A DNA stretch of 63,952 nt, counting the filler, from Thraustochytrium aureum (taxonomy: Eukaryota): assembly GCA_012862495.1 (NCBI GenBank). It is 6 parts of 6 records of this genome, joined end to end, with 100 filler letters (N's around TTAATTAATTAA, not from the genome) between each part and the next. Parts side by side here need not be neighbours in the genome. Positions count along the whole stretch, not along the records: positions 42,941 to 49,484 come from BLSG01000071.1; positions 49,585 to 60,124 come from BLSG01000073.1; 4 more parts are not named here. One strand, 5' to 3'. Position 1 is the first letter of the stretch, and each line of letters opens with the position of its first letter. Below, one piece after another: positions 45,674 to 58,714 of this stretch. A model generated the notes under the pieces. It was not told the origin of the DNA and did no database searches. It saw nothing but the letters and a program-made list of their open reading frames with translations. The position numbers and the translations under genes are program-made.

Positions 45674-46576
45674 CTACACGTTGCCGAGCGGCGTCTTGGG
45701 CAGTTGTTGCTCAGCGTCTTCTTGACGAGCGATGTCGCTTGCGGGGCGGACCATGAAGTTGCAGCCGCCAGGGTGGGCGTACGGCTCGATATCCGGCCGT
45801 CCGGGGACCGAAAAGGTCTCGAGGCAGATTTTCGTCTCGTACCCGTTCTTCTCGTAAAATGCTCGGTTCTTGGCACCGGAGGCCTCGAGGTACTGGCTGA
45901 GTCCGCTTCGCGCTGAGATCGCGTGCGCGGCAGCTAGCAAAGCGGAGCCCACGCCCTTGCCTTGATGAGCCGGGTCGACGGCAACCATGTAAACGTACAT
46001 GTGCGGCTGGTGCTTCATGAGCTTTTCGTGGTTCCCCTCGGCGTGCTCGAGCATTGTCATCATCCTCACTTTGGCGTCCTTGTCCATCCCAGACGACCAT
46101 GTGTTCATCCAAGGCGGGATCCCCGCCGACGCGATTGCCCGCACAAAGGCCACCATGTCGCAAAGGTGGCCCCACATGCGGCCCATAAACCCCGACGCCA
46201 AATTCCTTGGCAAAAGCACAACGGTGCCTTGAAGTGCGCCTGTCGCTGGGTCGCGCACCCCGAGCAGCATGCCACGCGTTCTTCCCATGACCGCGGTGAA
46301 GGTCGCGATAAACTTGCAATGTGCCTTGGCCTGCTTGCTCGGCTCGCCCTGCAGGGGCTCGTACAGCGGGCCGGGCCTGTTCAACCTGCCGATGGCCCAG
46401 TCGTTCAAGCCTTCCGGGGCCGAGTTGTCTGCGCCACTAAACGCCCTCACCAGAACCTCGACGCTGTCTCTGTAGTCCTGCTTGGACGCCAGCCAGCAGA
46501 CGCGAGGGTCCAGGCCACGCTGCACCTCCTCGTCCCACCTGCACACATTCTTCGTCAAACTCATTGTCGCGCCCAT
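45674..46576 (-). CDS. GNAT-family N-acetyltransferase
   Basis: YVYMVAVDPAHQGKGVGSALL..YLEASGAKNRAFYEKNGY. Confidence 0.9.
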   Translation of the reverse strand: MGATMSLTKNVCRWDEEVQRGLDPRVCWLASKQDYRDSVEVLVRAFSGADNSAPEGLNDWAIGRLNRPGPLYEPLQGEPSKQAKAHCKFIATFTAVMGRTRGMLLGVRDPATGALQGTVVLLPRNLASGFMGRMWGHLCDMVAFVRAIASAGIPPWMNTWSSGMDKDAKVRMMTMLEHAEGNHEKLMKHQPHMYVYMVAVDPAHQGKGVGSALLAAAHAISARSGLSQYLEASGAKNRAFYEKNGYETKICLETFSVPGRPDIEPYAHPGGCNFMVRPASDIARQEDAEQQLPKTPLGNV

Positions 46577-46633
46577 GATTTATTCGTCTTCGTCGTTCGC
46601 TTTCGATTCGATTCGGGTCTGCCGGCAAACCAC

Positions 46634-46691
46634 CGCTGCTGCTGCTGCTGCTGCTCCTGCTGCTGCTATGCTGCTGCTGCTGCTGCTGTGC
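46634..46691. repeat. (GCT)n microsatellite upstream of the GNAT gene
   Basis: About 18 imperfect GCT units. Confidence 0.9.
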
Positions 46692-47505
46692 TGGATTGGG
46701 GGTCGACCTCAGCGCAAACGTCGCAAATCTCTGGCGCAGCGAGGCCAAACTGCACCCTTGTGTGCTCACAATAGAATTCAATCTTGATCAAGATCTTGAA
46801 AGAAACAGTCCAGCGCTTGAACGCGTGAGCCTGTGCTGCACGTGGCCCGGGTTGTCGTGGTTTGCAAAGGATGAATGAATGGAAACTGGGCGAGGCAGGT
46901 CTGTAAGCCCAGCGTGCATCCCGCCGCAAACTGATGCCGTCACCACGGAGCGTTGCCCGCACGCGACGGCAGGTGTCTCTTGAAAGTTGAAAGTGTGTTC
47001 TGTGCCTCCAGGAGCGCGAACTCGAAGCTCGCAAGTCAAGAATCGTAGTTCAATACGTAGAGTCAAGATCGTAGTACAGGATTTCAGCTGTCAACGGCAA
47101 TATGCTGCATGTCAACGGCCATTTGGTGGAGTTTGTGCTTCGCGAGGGCGAGCCGCTCGTTCGTCTCGGCTCGGAGCCAGCATGGGAGCTCGCTTTACGA
47201 CTCCTGGCCACTGCGCAACGTTTCGCTTGCACTCTCAGCTGGCGAGTCGTCCGCTTTTGCTCCATTTGCAACTCAGAAGCACCCAGCCTCTCTCAGCAGC
47301 GTCTCTCTCGCTCCGATGCCATGCGCTTGCTTCAAACTCAGCAGAGACCCAGCGCCGCTCGAACGCGCTCCAGCGACTCAGCTCGTTGCACCGAGCGGTG
47401 GCAGACACCTTGCGACGCGGCTGCCTTCCTGGTCCACGCGGCTGGCGTCGGCTCGTTCGGGCTGGTTGTAGCCAAACCAAAGGCAGACAACAAGGCGGCG
47501 GGCAA

Positions 47506-47550
47506 GCAGGCAGGCAGGCAGGCAGGCAGGCAGGCCGGCAGGCAGGCAGG
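47506..47550. repeat. (GCAG)n microsatellite abutting the ATG at 47551
   Basis: About 11 units. Confidence 0.9.
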
Positions 47551-49435
47551 ATGGTGCGCGCTGGCGTCATGTCAGCGGGCGACGTGGCAGACGTGGAGAA
47601 TGTAACCGAGGCAGAGCTGAACGACCTTCGACAAAAGTTCCAGCTGCTCGAGGGCGACCGGAAAGCGTACTACGAGATGTCGATGCACACGATGAAGGAG
47701 AACAAAAAGCTGATTGCGCAGTTTCGTGACAGCAACAAGGGGTTACGAAAGAAGCTCGCGAGTGCCCAGAAGCAAGCGCGCAGCGTCTCGCGCGCCTCTG
47801 GCGAGCTCGAAGGCGACAAAGAAGTGAGCAGCCTTGAAAAGCACGTGATGACACTGAGGAAAAACCACGACACGCTAAGGTCTACCGTGGACGCAAAGCG
47901 GGACCAACTTCGCAAGCTCCGCGACGAAGCAGGCGAGCTTGAGTTGGAGGCCAAGCGACCCAACGCTGAAGACTCGCCGCTCACGCGAAAAATCCGCATG
48001 CTGGAAAACAGACTAGACAAGGCCATGATCAAATACAACGAGGCGCAGAGCATCCGCAAGACGTACGAGCAGATCGTCAAGCGGCTCAAAGAGGAGCGCG
48101 TCGGCTTTGACAATCAGCTCGCAGCCGTGGAGCGCACGCTCCAAGCCAAGCAGCACGACTACGAGGAGCTCTTGCTCCTCTCCGGCGACGCCAACCACGC
48201 CAAAGATGTGGCGCAGCAAGACCTTGAGCGCGCGCGCAGCTCCATCGCAGAGGCGCGAAAAGCGCGCGATCGTGAGATCAGGGGCAAGCGCGAGATTGTC
48301 GACGCGCGCAGCGATATGGTCAACCGCCTCGAGAAGCGCGAGCAAATGCGCAACGACATTATTGCAAAGGCGAACGGCGACCTGAGCGAGCAGGAGGAAA
48401 AGTCCCTCAAGACGTCGCTAGCGCTCAACTCGATTACGCAGACCAAGATGCACGAGGACAACAAGAACCAGCGCGCCAAGATTGACATTTACGAGGACGC
48501 ATTCCGCAAGATCAAGGATGCCACGGGCGTCTCGGACGTGAACGAGGTGATTCAAAAAATCATTTCCCAAGAGGATACGCAACGCAATCTCAAGGACCTC
48601 ACGCGAGAAAACCAGGACAAAATCGAGCAACTCCAGGGCGACCGCCACAAGCTGGTGCTCCGCGTCGAGGAGATCAAGTACAGCGGGACCGGCGGGGGCC
48701 ACCGCCGCAAGATGGTAGACGACCACGAAGAGAACCTCGCTCAGTCCCTAGCAAAGTTGGAGCGCTGCCGCTTGCGCTACGACCGCCTCGGATCGCTCCT
48801 CATCAACGTCAAAGCGGGCATTGCGCACCTGAGCGAAAAGCTGCAGTCTGTACAGCAGGACAACAAACACATCGTCATGAACGACGACACAGTCGTCGAC
48901 GTCCTCGTCGCGTGCGAGAACACGCTTGTCGTCATCCTCAACAAGGTTCGCGAGTCCGACATAGAGACGGAAAAGTTCGAAATGAAAAACGCGCTCTTCT
49001 CGTCGCTCGAGGACGACGAGGTCGTTGCGAAGCAGGCCGTACAACCAGCGCGTTGCGCTTCCGGACGCGGACGAGTTTGGCCGCGGGCATGACTCGCGCG
49101 GGGACGACCTGTTGGACAACACAGACGCCGAGTCGATCGACATCCCGATCGAAGAGGACGGGGACGAGGAGCTCACTCGCGAGCGCATCAAGAAGGCCTC
49201 GCAGACGATTGTGCAGACGCACGAGAAGAAGTCGCGCCGCAAGCGCAAGACGACGGCCGAGCAGGCTGCCAGCTACCAGACCAAGCAAACCACGGCGCAA
49301 CTCCGGAGCGGCAACAAGGCGAGCTCATCGACCACCAACCTCCACGCCGTGGGCGGGAGCGGCGCCGGGAGCTCGTCCAAATCGCGACGGCAAAAATCCA
49401 AGGCTGTGTCAGGCTCTGGCGGCGGGAAGAAATAG
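47551..49435 (+). CDS. CCDC151: Outer dynein arm docking complex subunit (ODA-DC1/CCDC151 family); frameshift near 49030
   Basis: FQLLEGDRKAYYE and IRMLENRLDKAMIKYNEAQSIRKTYEQIVKRLKEERVGFDNQL; long coiled coil; tail in ORF 49025..49435. Confidence 0.8.
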
Positions 49436-49484
49436 ACAATAGGTACTCCCACTTGTCTGTGAGACTTGTCCATCGTATCCTCGC

Positions 49485-49584
49485 NNNNNNNNNNNNNNNN
49501 NNNNNNNNNNNNNNNNNNNNNNNNNNNNTTAATTAATTAANNNNNNNNNNNNNNNNNNNNNNNNNNNNNNNNNNNNNNNNNNNN
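49485..49584. other. Artificial contig spacer N44-TTAATTAATTAA-N44
   Basis: Same linker as at 22977. Confidence 0.95.
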
Positions 49585-51966
49585 TTGGCAGGGTTCTGGA
49601 AAGCTGCAAAGCCTGAGCAAGATGTTCTTGTCGCCGAAGTGGAGTGGGCAGGCTCCCTCCGAGCCCCACTCGCTGCGGGACAACTGAGTTTTCGTGGAAT
49701 CGCAAAGATCCACGACTCGGAGGCCCTTCCTTCCTTCCTTCCTGGCGCGCAGCCGACCTGCAGTGCGCCGAGAGAGCGAGGCGAGCGTCCGTTCCGCTTC
49801 CAACGCGGCTGAGCGACTCGCCGGCTCGGTCAGACATTCAGCGTCAGGCCCTGCCTGCTCAAGACCGGCCCAACAGGCAGCAAAAGACAGCGAGCGAGTT
49901 GTAGGTACAGTAGAGTGAGTACTCTAAGTACAATCTTGTGAAAAACGTACGTTTTCCGGATTCCGCAGTGCGCCTCGGCGACGCACTCGACGAGAACCTC
50001 GACGAGAGCCCCAACGGCGGCTCGGGGCTGGCAGCTGGCAATCAGTGATGAGCCTCATCAAACCAAAGCCAACTCGCGCGTCTCCACTCCCTTCTGCGCA
50101 ACGCGTCTGCTGCCAGCCTGAGTGGCGGCTGGCCTTTGCACAGCCTGGGATTCTCGAAGAAGGCCTCCTCCGTCCGCGTGGGACGAAGAAATGTCTTCTT
50201 TCCTCGACTTGTTTTGTCCCTGCCTCCGATCGGCGAGCGCGGCGGCCTTGTTCGGCGCGAGGGACGTTGAGGAAGCAAAAGCCCTGCGCTGTGAGGCTGC
50301 AGCCGCTTGCGAGCAGCCTGGAGGAGAGCCTCCGAGCCGTCGGCGCTGGCCCGACCACCGAGCAAAATGGACCCGTTCATGTTCATCACTCGACGCGAGA
50401 CAACAGAGTACGCCCCAAGCGCGGCCTTTTTTCGATTTCACGTCTCTACATTACCTTTCCGGTAAAGCCATATCAACTCGGAGATTCTTGCATATAGTGC
50501 CGATTTTGCACGCTACGGCGCCCGCCCTGCCCTACAGGCGGATATTGCGAAGCGCAAAGATGTCATCGAACGAGAAACGGTGCCTTTAGGTGGTATGTAA
50601 GATTATGGATGCGCTGGATACGGTGGCAGAGGGCCACAAAGCGATCTTTCCAAGGAACTTGATTGCGTTTGTGCAGTGCAGGTGAGTGGGTTTCGAACAA
50701 GCCAGCTACTACTTGCTTTGGCTTGGGCGCGGCTGGCGCTCGCATCGAGTTGTGGTGCTCGCATCGAGACGCCCGCCCGACGCGAGTGAGGAGCCCACGC
50801 GAATTGGAGCTTGTAGATGGAGTTGCCCGTGCCATCCGGTGGAGGCGCTTGGTGCTATCGCTGCCTCAATCCTCTCCAGTCGCGCGTCAGCGGCTCATCA
50901 TCTGGGATGACCTGCGATACCTTGACCGTTACGCGCTCGCCTGGTTTGAGTGACAATGCCTGGTGAAGGGGCAGTTGCTTGGAGTCTGTCGTTTTCGGCA
51001 CGACGAGCGCGAAGCGAAGTCAGCTTGAGACTTGGTCGAGGACTGGNNNNNNNNNNNNNNNNNNNNNNNNNNNNNNNNNNNNNNNNNNNNNNNNNNNNNN
51101 NNNNNNNNNNNNNNNNNNNNNNNNNNNNNNNNNNNNNNNNNNNNNNNNNNNNNNNNNNNNNNNNNNNNNNNNNNNNNNNNNNNNNNNNNNNNNNNNNNNN
51201 NNNNNNNNNNNNNNNNNNNNNNNNNNNNNNNNNNNNNNNNNNNNNNNNNNNNNNNNNNNNNNNNNNNNNNNNNNNNNNNNNNNNNNNNNNNNNNNNNNNN
51301 NNNNNNNNNNNNNNNNNNNNNNNNNNNNNNNNNNNNNNNNNNNNNNNNNNNNNNNNNNNNNNNNNNNNNNNNNNNNNNNNNNNNNNNNNNNNNNNNNNNN
51401 NNNNNNNNNNNNNNNNNNNNNNNNNNNNNNNNNNNNNNNNNNNNNNNNNNNNNNNNNNNNNNNNNNNNNNNNNNNNNNNNNNNNNNNNNNNNNNNNNNNN
51501 NNNNNNNNNNNNNNNNNNNNNNNNNNNNNNNNNNNNNNNNNNNNNNNNNNNNNNNNNNNNNNNNNNNNNNNNNNNNNNNNNNNNNNNNNNNNNNNNNNNN
51601 NNNNNNNNNNNNNNNNNNNNNNNNNCCAGCCAGCTCCAGCAGGACCAACTCGCCGCGCCACTGTTCAAAGATGTCCAGAGCCGCCGTCGCTGATCTGTTC
51701 TGCTGCCGCGCTCGCGATCGACGACGAACGAGCAGAGCGCTCGCACGGCGACTCGTCATTGTCCCGGGACGCGGTGAGGCTGAGAAGACGAAGACGGAGA
51801 AGGAGAAGGAGAAGAAAATGTGCTGCTCGCGGGCCAGAGTCGCAGCGCGGTGCCGATCCATCGCCAATCGAGCATCGCGCGAGAGCTCTGGCCCGCAGAG
51901 TAGGCCGCCCGGGAGCCGTGGTGCCCGCTCCTGGCGACGAGCAGCGCGCTTTCTTGACGCTCGAGG

Positions 51967-53458
51967 ATGGCGGCCAGCTCCTGGACCGACCGAGTCGACG
52001 GGGATGGAGTCCGGGGCGTGGCAGGCTATCTTCGCAGCGCGGAGGCTGGCAGGCTGGCATGCGCCTGCAGCGCGACGCGCGACGCGCTCGGGGAGGAGGG
52101 GTTCTGGGCGGACAAGTTTGAGTGCGAGTTCAGGCGGGCGGGGTTCGTGAGGAGCAAACGCGGCGCCTCCGCGAAGGAGGACTGCGCAGCGTGCCACGAG
52201 GTCGAGGGGCTTGCAGGACGAGGCGAGAGCGCGGCCGTCACGTGGAGGGTGGTTACAACCCCGCAGAATGAAAGCGACGAGGAGGAAGTGCTGAGCCCCC
52301 TCGATCGGCAGGGCTCGGACATGGCGGTCACATCAGACGGAAATTGGTGTTCTTGTATGGTGGCTGGACCACGAACGGGATCGGCAACGACTGCTGGCTG
52401 CTCAACACAGAGACGCTGGTCTGGTCTTTCGTTGGCGCCGCCGTCACGCGACCCACGTACGGTCATCGCGTCAGCGCGGTCAACACGACGCAGGGAGGCG
52501 CATATATGTTTCTGGCGAGCGGCGGCCTCACGCGCGGCGGCTATGGCGGAGCGTCAAACGGCGCCATTTTGTTCTCGATCAGCAAGGAGACCGAGCGGGT
52601 GCAGCTACGCTGCCTGCGCCCAACCTTTGACCTGGGCTCGCCTGCCTGCGGCATCCGCCGCGCGTACCACACCGCCGTAGAGGTGTTTCGCGACTCCTCA
52701 AGCCCCTTGGTGCTCTTGTTCGGAGGTTTCGACGAGGACGGCCCGCTCGCGGCTCTCGAGTCGTTTGACGTGGCTGCAAACGCGTTTGCATTACAGGCGC
52801 AAACCGAGTCGGGCTCGCCACCGTGCCCCAGGTTCGGTCACTCCTGCACGCTCGTTCGCAGCGACCGAGACGCTGCGACGCTCCTCGTTGCGGGTGGGTC
52901 AACGGACGCAAACAATATGAAGTACACCTCGACGAACGCAGACCTGCGCGACCTGCACTTGCTTACAGTTCATCGCTCGTCCCTTGGGGCTTCCACGGGA
53001 GAGGGCGACGCCTCCGACCCACCCGCGCTGGTCTCTACGACATGGACGACGGTCGACCTCGGTCCCAGCGCGACTCTGACCACATCGGCTCTGCAACGCT
53101 GCCACTCTGCGACGCTTGTTGGTTCGTCGACGATTCTGTTTTTCGGCGGGGGCGCCCCGTTTCGGACAACTGACCGAGTTACTCTGCTTCAGCTGCCGGC
53201 GTGGCCAGCGGAGCGACCTCTCCCGCTGACGCGGCTGCGAGCCTGGCGACGCACGCTCAGCAAAGGTGGCGCTCTTTCCAGGTTCGTACCCCAGGCTCAC
53301 GCGGGCCTGTCGCGCGCCAAAACCACAGCGCTGTCTGGGTTCCCAACAACAGGATCATCGTGTTTGGTGGCTGCTTGGCTTCGACGACGCTCGCCCAGGA
53401 GGAGCTCGGGGACACGTGGGAGCTTTTGCTTTCTTCGCACGGTGCAGCGTCGAGCTGA
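51967..53458 (+). CDS. F-box-like plus Kelch-repeat protein; frameshifts near 52345 and 53255
   Basis: VAGYLRSAEAGRLACACS..FW is F-box-like. Kelch blades: FLYGGW, RAYHTA..LFGGF, PRFGHS..AGG, CHSATL..FFGGG and RQNHSA..VFGG. Confidence 0.75.
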
Positions 53459-53693
53459 AGGGCGCGTTTGTGGGCGCGAAATCATGTGTAGGTGATGGAA
53501 GCTCGTTGCTCATCGCTTGCCGAAGGCACCCGCTTGGAGTGATAGGCCAGCCTCCGTGAAAACCAAAAAGAGGGGGACACTGACGGACAACTCCAACTTC
53601 AGAGTTTGGATCAGCATGTACAGAGCACAGACAGATTGGCGTTCATTTTGCTTCCGTTTGCGGCCCGCAGGTTCCGGGGCGTCAGAGTCCTGC

Positions 53694-56600
53694 CTAAGCG
53701 GCACCCGGCCGCCGCCTGTCCCGCCCCTTCTTGCTCCGCTTCTCAGAGCGGCGCATCTCAGCGATCTGCTTTTGCGTCATGAGAGACTCGCGCTTCGCTC
53801 GCTCGGCATGCTTGGCCTTTGACAGCATCAAGCCGTCCTCGGCCCCCATCAACCCGCGCTCGCGCTCCTCCATGCCGGCCTCGACCTCGCGCCGCACACC
53901 AGCGGCCGCCTTTGTGGCCTGCCGCTCAAGCAACAAGGTCTGCCGCCGGGACGCTTGAGCGATGAGCAGCTTGCTCAGGTCCGCCTTGCGCTTCTGCGCG
54001 CGGTCCCGAACAGCGTTGCGGCGCTCTTGGGCGGCTTCTAGCTGCCCGACGGCCGCGGCCGCGAGAATGTCGCCCGCTTCGCGGCCAAGTGCAAAGTGGG
54101 CGTGCAGCCGGACGGCGACCACGCTGCAGGGGTCCGTCGCAACGCTTTGCGCCAGCAGTTGAACCCCTCGCGCTGCCTCGCCAGAGGCCAAAAGAAGCAG
54201 CAGACCGAGGCCCAGTTGCGCAATAGAGAGACGCTCTGGCGAAGTCCGGTTCGAAACAATTGCTGCTGCGAAGAATCGAGACGCGCTCTGCGCGAAATCT
54301 CTTCCGTCCGAAACCGTTCGCGCCTCTTGAAGGCTCAGCTCTGCCGCTTCAAGGTTGCCCTGCACCGCCTCCGCCAGCGCTCGCCCGAACAAGAACGGCC
54401 CGTGGCCGGCGCGGCTCTCCAACAGGTAGCTGTAGAGAAATACCGCCCGCTCGAGGTCTTGCTCGAGTGCGTGCGTTCCAAACGCCAGGACCTCCATATC
54501 GTGGACTCTGGACATGGAACGGCCGCTTGCAATGGCTATCTCGTAGCTCAGGTTGGCGCAGATTCGCTCCACGCTCATCGCAAAAATCGTGTTGGGCCCA
54601 AATTGTCGGGACCGCCAGAACCGCTGCAGCACCCTAGACGCCTCCTGGCGGCGCGCTCGCCAAGCGCTAACGATAGCAACGCAGCGCTCTGCGAGCTGCC
54701 TCTGGGGGTCGTCTTCTGCCCGCTGCTTAGCGAGGTCTTTGGCTCGCTCGCAGAGGTGGCCTGCCTCCGCCTCCGCCTCTTCGTCGTCGCTCGTCACCTG
54801 CAGCGCAACTGCGAGCATCCCCATGCGCGGCCGGGCTGCAAGTGCGAATTCGTGCAGCACGCCGCAGGTACAAACTCAGCATGGATTGCAACATGACCTG
54901 CTTTGGCCCATCCAAGAGACGCGCGCGCTGCAGGATCAAGCTTGCCTCGGTCAGGACGGTGTCAAGCTCGCTCGCGCCAATGGCCGTGCTGGAGAGCAGC
55001 GCGCACGTCGCCTTGGCGTAAAGCAATGGAGCGCTCTCCTTGCCGTCCAAGGCATCGGGCCCCCCCGTCGCCCATTCAAAGTCCAAGTCGAACGCAACGC
55101 GCCAAAAGGCACGCCCTGGACTGCTCGCGCTGCGAACGCCTTCGCGACGAAGTGCGCGGAGCGCCGGCCATGCTTTGGCCCACTTGACAGTCCCAGGTGC
55201 AGCGCCCATGATCTCAGCGAGCCGTCGCGATTGCCAGGTTCGCCGAGTCGTGGCCGACCGCCAGCACGCTGCGATCCTGCTCGCCGCCTTGTGGCGCCGA
55301 AACTCAACTTGGAGGATCACAAACTCCCGGCGCCCACGCCGCCCGCGCCAGACGCGCTGCAGGCTGGTGGCGCCGTAAGCCTGCCTGGCCGCCCGCGCAC
55401 GTTGGCGCCCCTTGGCGCCGCGGTAGAGCGCCTCGATCTTGCTTGCAGCCCAAGAACGCCGCACGCCTGCGACATACGCCTCAAGCTCGGCGACGACTAG
55501 CTCGAGACGCGCTCCAGGGCGGCTCTGCTCCGTGCTGTCCTTGACTCTCCGCTCAACAATGCGCCCGTTCAAGAGGACGCGCTCCGTACGAGCCTCTCGC
55601 GCTGCAGCATACGGGTCGATTGTTTCTGGCGCGACCTTTTCGGGCTCGGCCAGGTCCAACAGGCCGACAACGCGACGCACTAGTTGGCAGTGATGCGCGG
55701 CATCCCGCCAACCAAACTGCTGAAACATGCGCTTCATGTGCGGCGAATCGAGGCATATGGCGCTTAGAGTCGCCCGTTCAAGCGTGAGCGCGAACGACCT
55801 GTCCAACTCGGCGCAAAACGCGGTCACGCGAAGGCGAGTACAGTTTTCCAGAAAGCACTGCGTGCTCAGCCCGTACCCGCTCGGTGTCTTGTGGAAGACC
55901 GACCCGACAGGCCGCTGCAAAAATCTCAAGGCGGGCTGCCACGCGTCCCATGATGGCCCCGTGTCGGCGGTGCTCAACTCCGTGCGCACCAGGTCGACGC
56001 TGTCCACAAGCTGACACAGCAGATCGGCGCGCCGGTGTTGGTGTAGCAAGTCCGGCTGGTCCAGGAAGGTCACGAGTTCTCTGAGCTGGTCAAAGGCCAC
56101 CACAAGCGCCTTTGAGTCGTCTGCGTCTCGCGACGCAGACTGCAGCTGTCTCACGTCCCGACTGCTCCGGGCTGTCGCAGCCTCGCTGCGGGATATCTCA
56201 AGTAGGAGGTCGAAAGCGCCGGAAGAGCTGCCCCATTTCGACCGCGCTGCGCGGTCGAAGACGCGAATGCGGACTGGCCACTTTTGCAGGACACGCTGCC
56301 CCGCGTCAAGGACTGGCCTCGCGGCAGCCCCGCCTTGGACGTAGTCGTCAAAGTCCTCGGCCTGCACGGCCACTGGAACGGGCCCGTCGCGGGACCGCGC
56401 AGCACGGCCGTAAAAGCAGCCCAAAATAAATTCGTCCGCCTTCCTCAGCTGCAGCGCACGCCGCAGGAAGAACTGGGCGCCATGGCGGTCCTTGCAGACC
56501 AATTGTCGAAACACACCATACAAGCAAAGCCGCAGCGCGGCTCGGCTCGCCTCGGACTCTTCTTCATTTGCTGGCGCGCTGACCGCTGCACGTCGCAGAA

Positions 56601-57975
56601 TATAGTCGACCTCGCTGATGCAGGGGCGAAACGATACGCCTGCACCTTCGGGCCCGAAGAACGCCAGAGGGCGCTCGCGGCTCGCGATCAGGGAGCGCTG
56701 GTCCAGCCTTTTCCCGTCCTGCACCAGGCGCGCGAGTGCGGCGGGCCTTGGCGGCGAGGCGGTCATGCGGCTTGCAACTGCGAGCGCGTAGAAAGCCCGC
56801 GGGTCTCGTGATGCCTCTCCACCGCCCCGCACGCACGCCTGCAGGATCGCAGTGGCGCGATCGAACGCGAGCTCTACTCCCAGCAAGTACAGGCCAAGCT
56901 GAACGAGCGCCTCTTCAGAGTCAAGGCCGAGTCCCTCGGTGGCCGAAAGAGCTGCAGCTGCGTCGATATCTCCCTCTGCGGCACCATTTGACGTTGCCCT
57001 GGCCGCAGCCTCCCACACAGCCCCGAGTCTATTCGCCTCTTGTCGTGCGACGGACACTTGCCGTCGCGCAACCAAGCAGCGCATTCCTCGCTGCAGCACG
57101 AGCGAGGCGCGCTGCTCTGCGCGGCTCTGCGCACGGCGGCCCACGCGCGTTCGGAGGAGCGCTGCACGAACAAACCGTGCTATGACGCCAGCAGCGGCTT
57201 CCTCGCTCTGCTTGCGTGCTGCAATGGCGTGCGTCTGCCGCCTGGACTGCCTCCCTCGAACAGCGGCCTGAATGCGTTGCGCGTGCTCGCGCTTTGCTCC
57301 AAGCTCCCTGCGCGCGCGCGCGCCACGAACAACGCGCTGCACGCTCGTGGCCCCGGCTTGTCTGGCCAAGACGGCGCGTTCAGCCTCTGCTTGTCGGATC
57401 TCGGAGAGTGCTGTCCTCCGCTTGTGCGCCCTTGCTCGTGCTTGAACGCGCCGCACAATGCACTGAACAACAATTGCGGCGTCGCGCTCGCGCCGAAGCG
57501 TCCCGGCTCTGTTTTCCAGCCTGACTTGGCGACCGCGAAAGGCAGCTTGGAGGGCAGTCATCCGCCTCCCGACCCTTCCGAGCCCAAGACGCACTGCGTA
57601 CCCGCGCCAGAGGCGCTGGATCTCGTATGCTGCAAAGTCGGCTTCCCTTGCGTGGCGGCGTTTGCGCTGTGCAACGCGCTTTTCGAGGGCCTTTGCCCGC
57701 TCTGGAGCGCGGCTGGCCAGGCCAATGCCAAATACCCGCTCGAGTTCGTCCAAGCGCGCGACAAGGCTGTTGCTTGCTTGGGCCGCCCCGCCATCTAGCT
57801 TTGTGGCCTCGGAGCGCGACAGCTCGCGGACCGAGAAGGGCCGGTTGCGCCGGGCAACCATCTCCACCAAAAACGACTTCTCCAACTGCCTTCGCGGCCC
57901 GCGCCTCCTGCCTGCTTGCAGCGGGTCGTTGCGCCCCAGGACGACTATCTCAAAGCAGGCGTCGCAAAAAGTTCG
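53694..57975 (-). CDS. Large multi-IQ-motif (calmodulin-binding) protein with helical/TPR-like regions; 5' end in gap; frameshift near 54860
   Basis: About 11 IQ-like motifs (EIQRLWRGY, ALQAAFRGR, SVQRVVRG, RIQAAVRGR, SLQRVWRG, VLQRFWRS); ORFs 54727..57885 and 53694..54860. Confidence 0.7.
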
Positions 57976-58650
57976 NNNNNNNNNNNNNNNNNNNNNNNNN
58001 NNNNNNNNNNNNNNNNNNNNNNNNNNNNNNNNNNNNNNNNNNNNNNNNNNNNNNNNNNNNNNNNNNNNNNNNNNNNNNNNNNNNNNNNNNNNNNNNNNNN
58101 NNNNNNNNNNNNNNNNNNNNNNNNNNNNNNNNNNNNNNNNNNNNNNNNNNNNNNNNNNNNNNNNNNNNNNNNNNNNNNNNNNNNNNNNNNNNNNNNNNNN
58201 NNNNNNNNNNNNNNNNNNNNNNNNNNNNNNNNNNNNNNNNNNNNNNNNNNNNNNNNNNNNNNNNNNNNNNNNNNNNNNNNNNNNNNNNNNNNNNNNNNNN
58301 NNNNNNNNNNNNNNNNNNNNNNNNNNNNNNNNNNNNNNNACTAGCTGCAGCGCAGCGCAGCGGGCGAGCGCAACGGGGCCCAGCGCGCTTCCCTCGAGCT
58401 AGCGCGCCCGCGCCCGCGCGCCTGCAGCCCGGGCGCCCCGGGGGGCCGAAGGAGCTCTGCCGTGCGTTCGCTCTGCGCAGCTGCTGCTGCTGCTCGATCA
58501 TAAACGGACATGTGGTTCTGCTGCTCTTGATGGATCAATCAAGATCAACATGAAGAACTACTAACTGCTCTGCGTCCTCTCCGACTGACGCCGAGCGCGC
58601 TGCAGTGCCCCGGCAGCGCATGCATTGGCGCCGCGATGGCTTTGCCGGGG

Positions 58651-58714
58651 CGTGGGCCCTGCGCGTGGGCCCTGCGCGTTGGCCCTGCGCGTTGGCCCTG
58701 CGCGTGGGCCCTGC
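58651..58714. repeat. 5 x 13-bp tandem repeat CGTKGGCCCTGCG
   Basis: Read directly from the sequence. Confidence 0.9.

Noticed and set aside
49585..51046. Gene or element in the region after the third spacer
   Set aside because: Only short ORFs with stops in all frames and no recognisable motif; one GTGAGT donor-like site near 50682 is insufficient.
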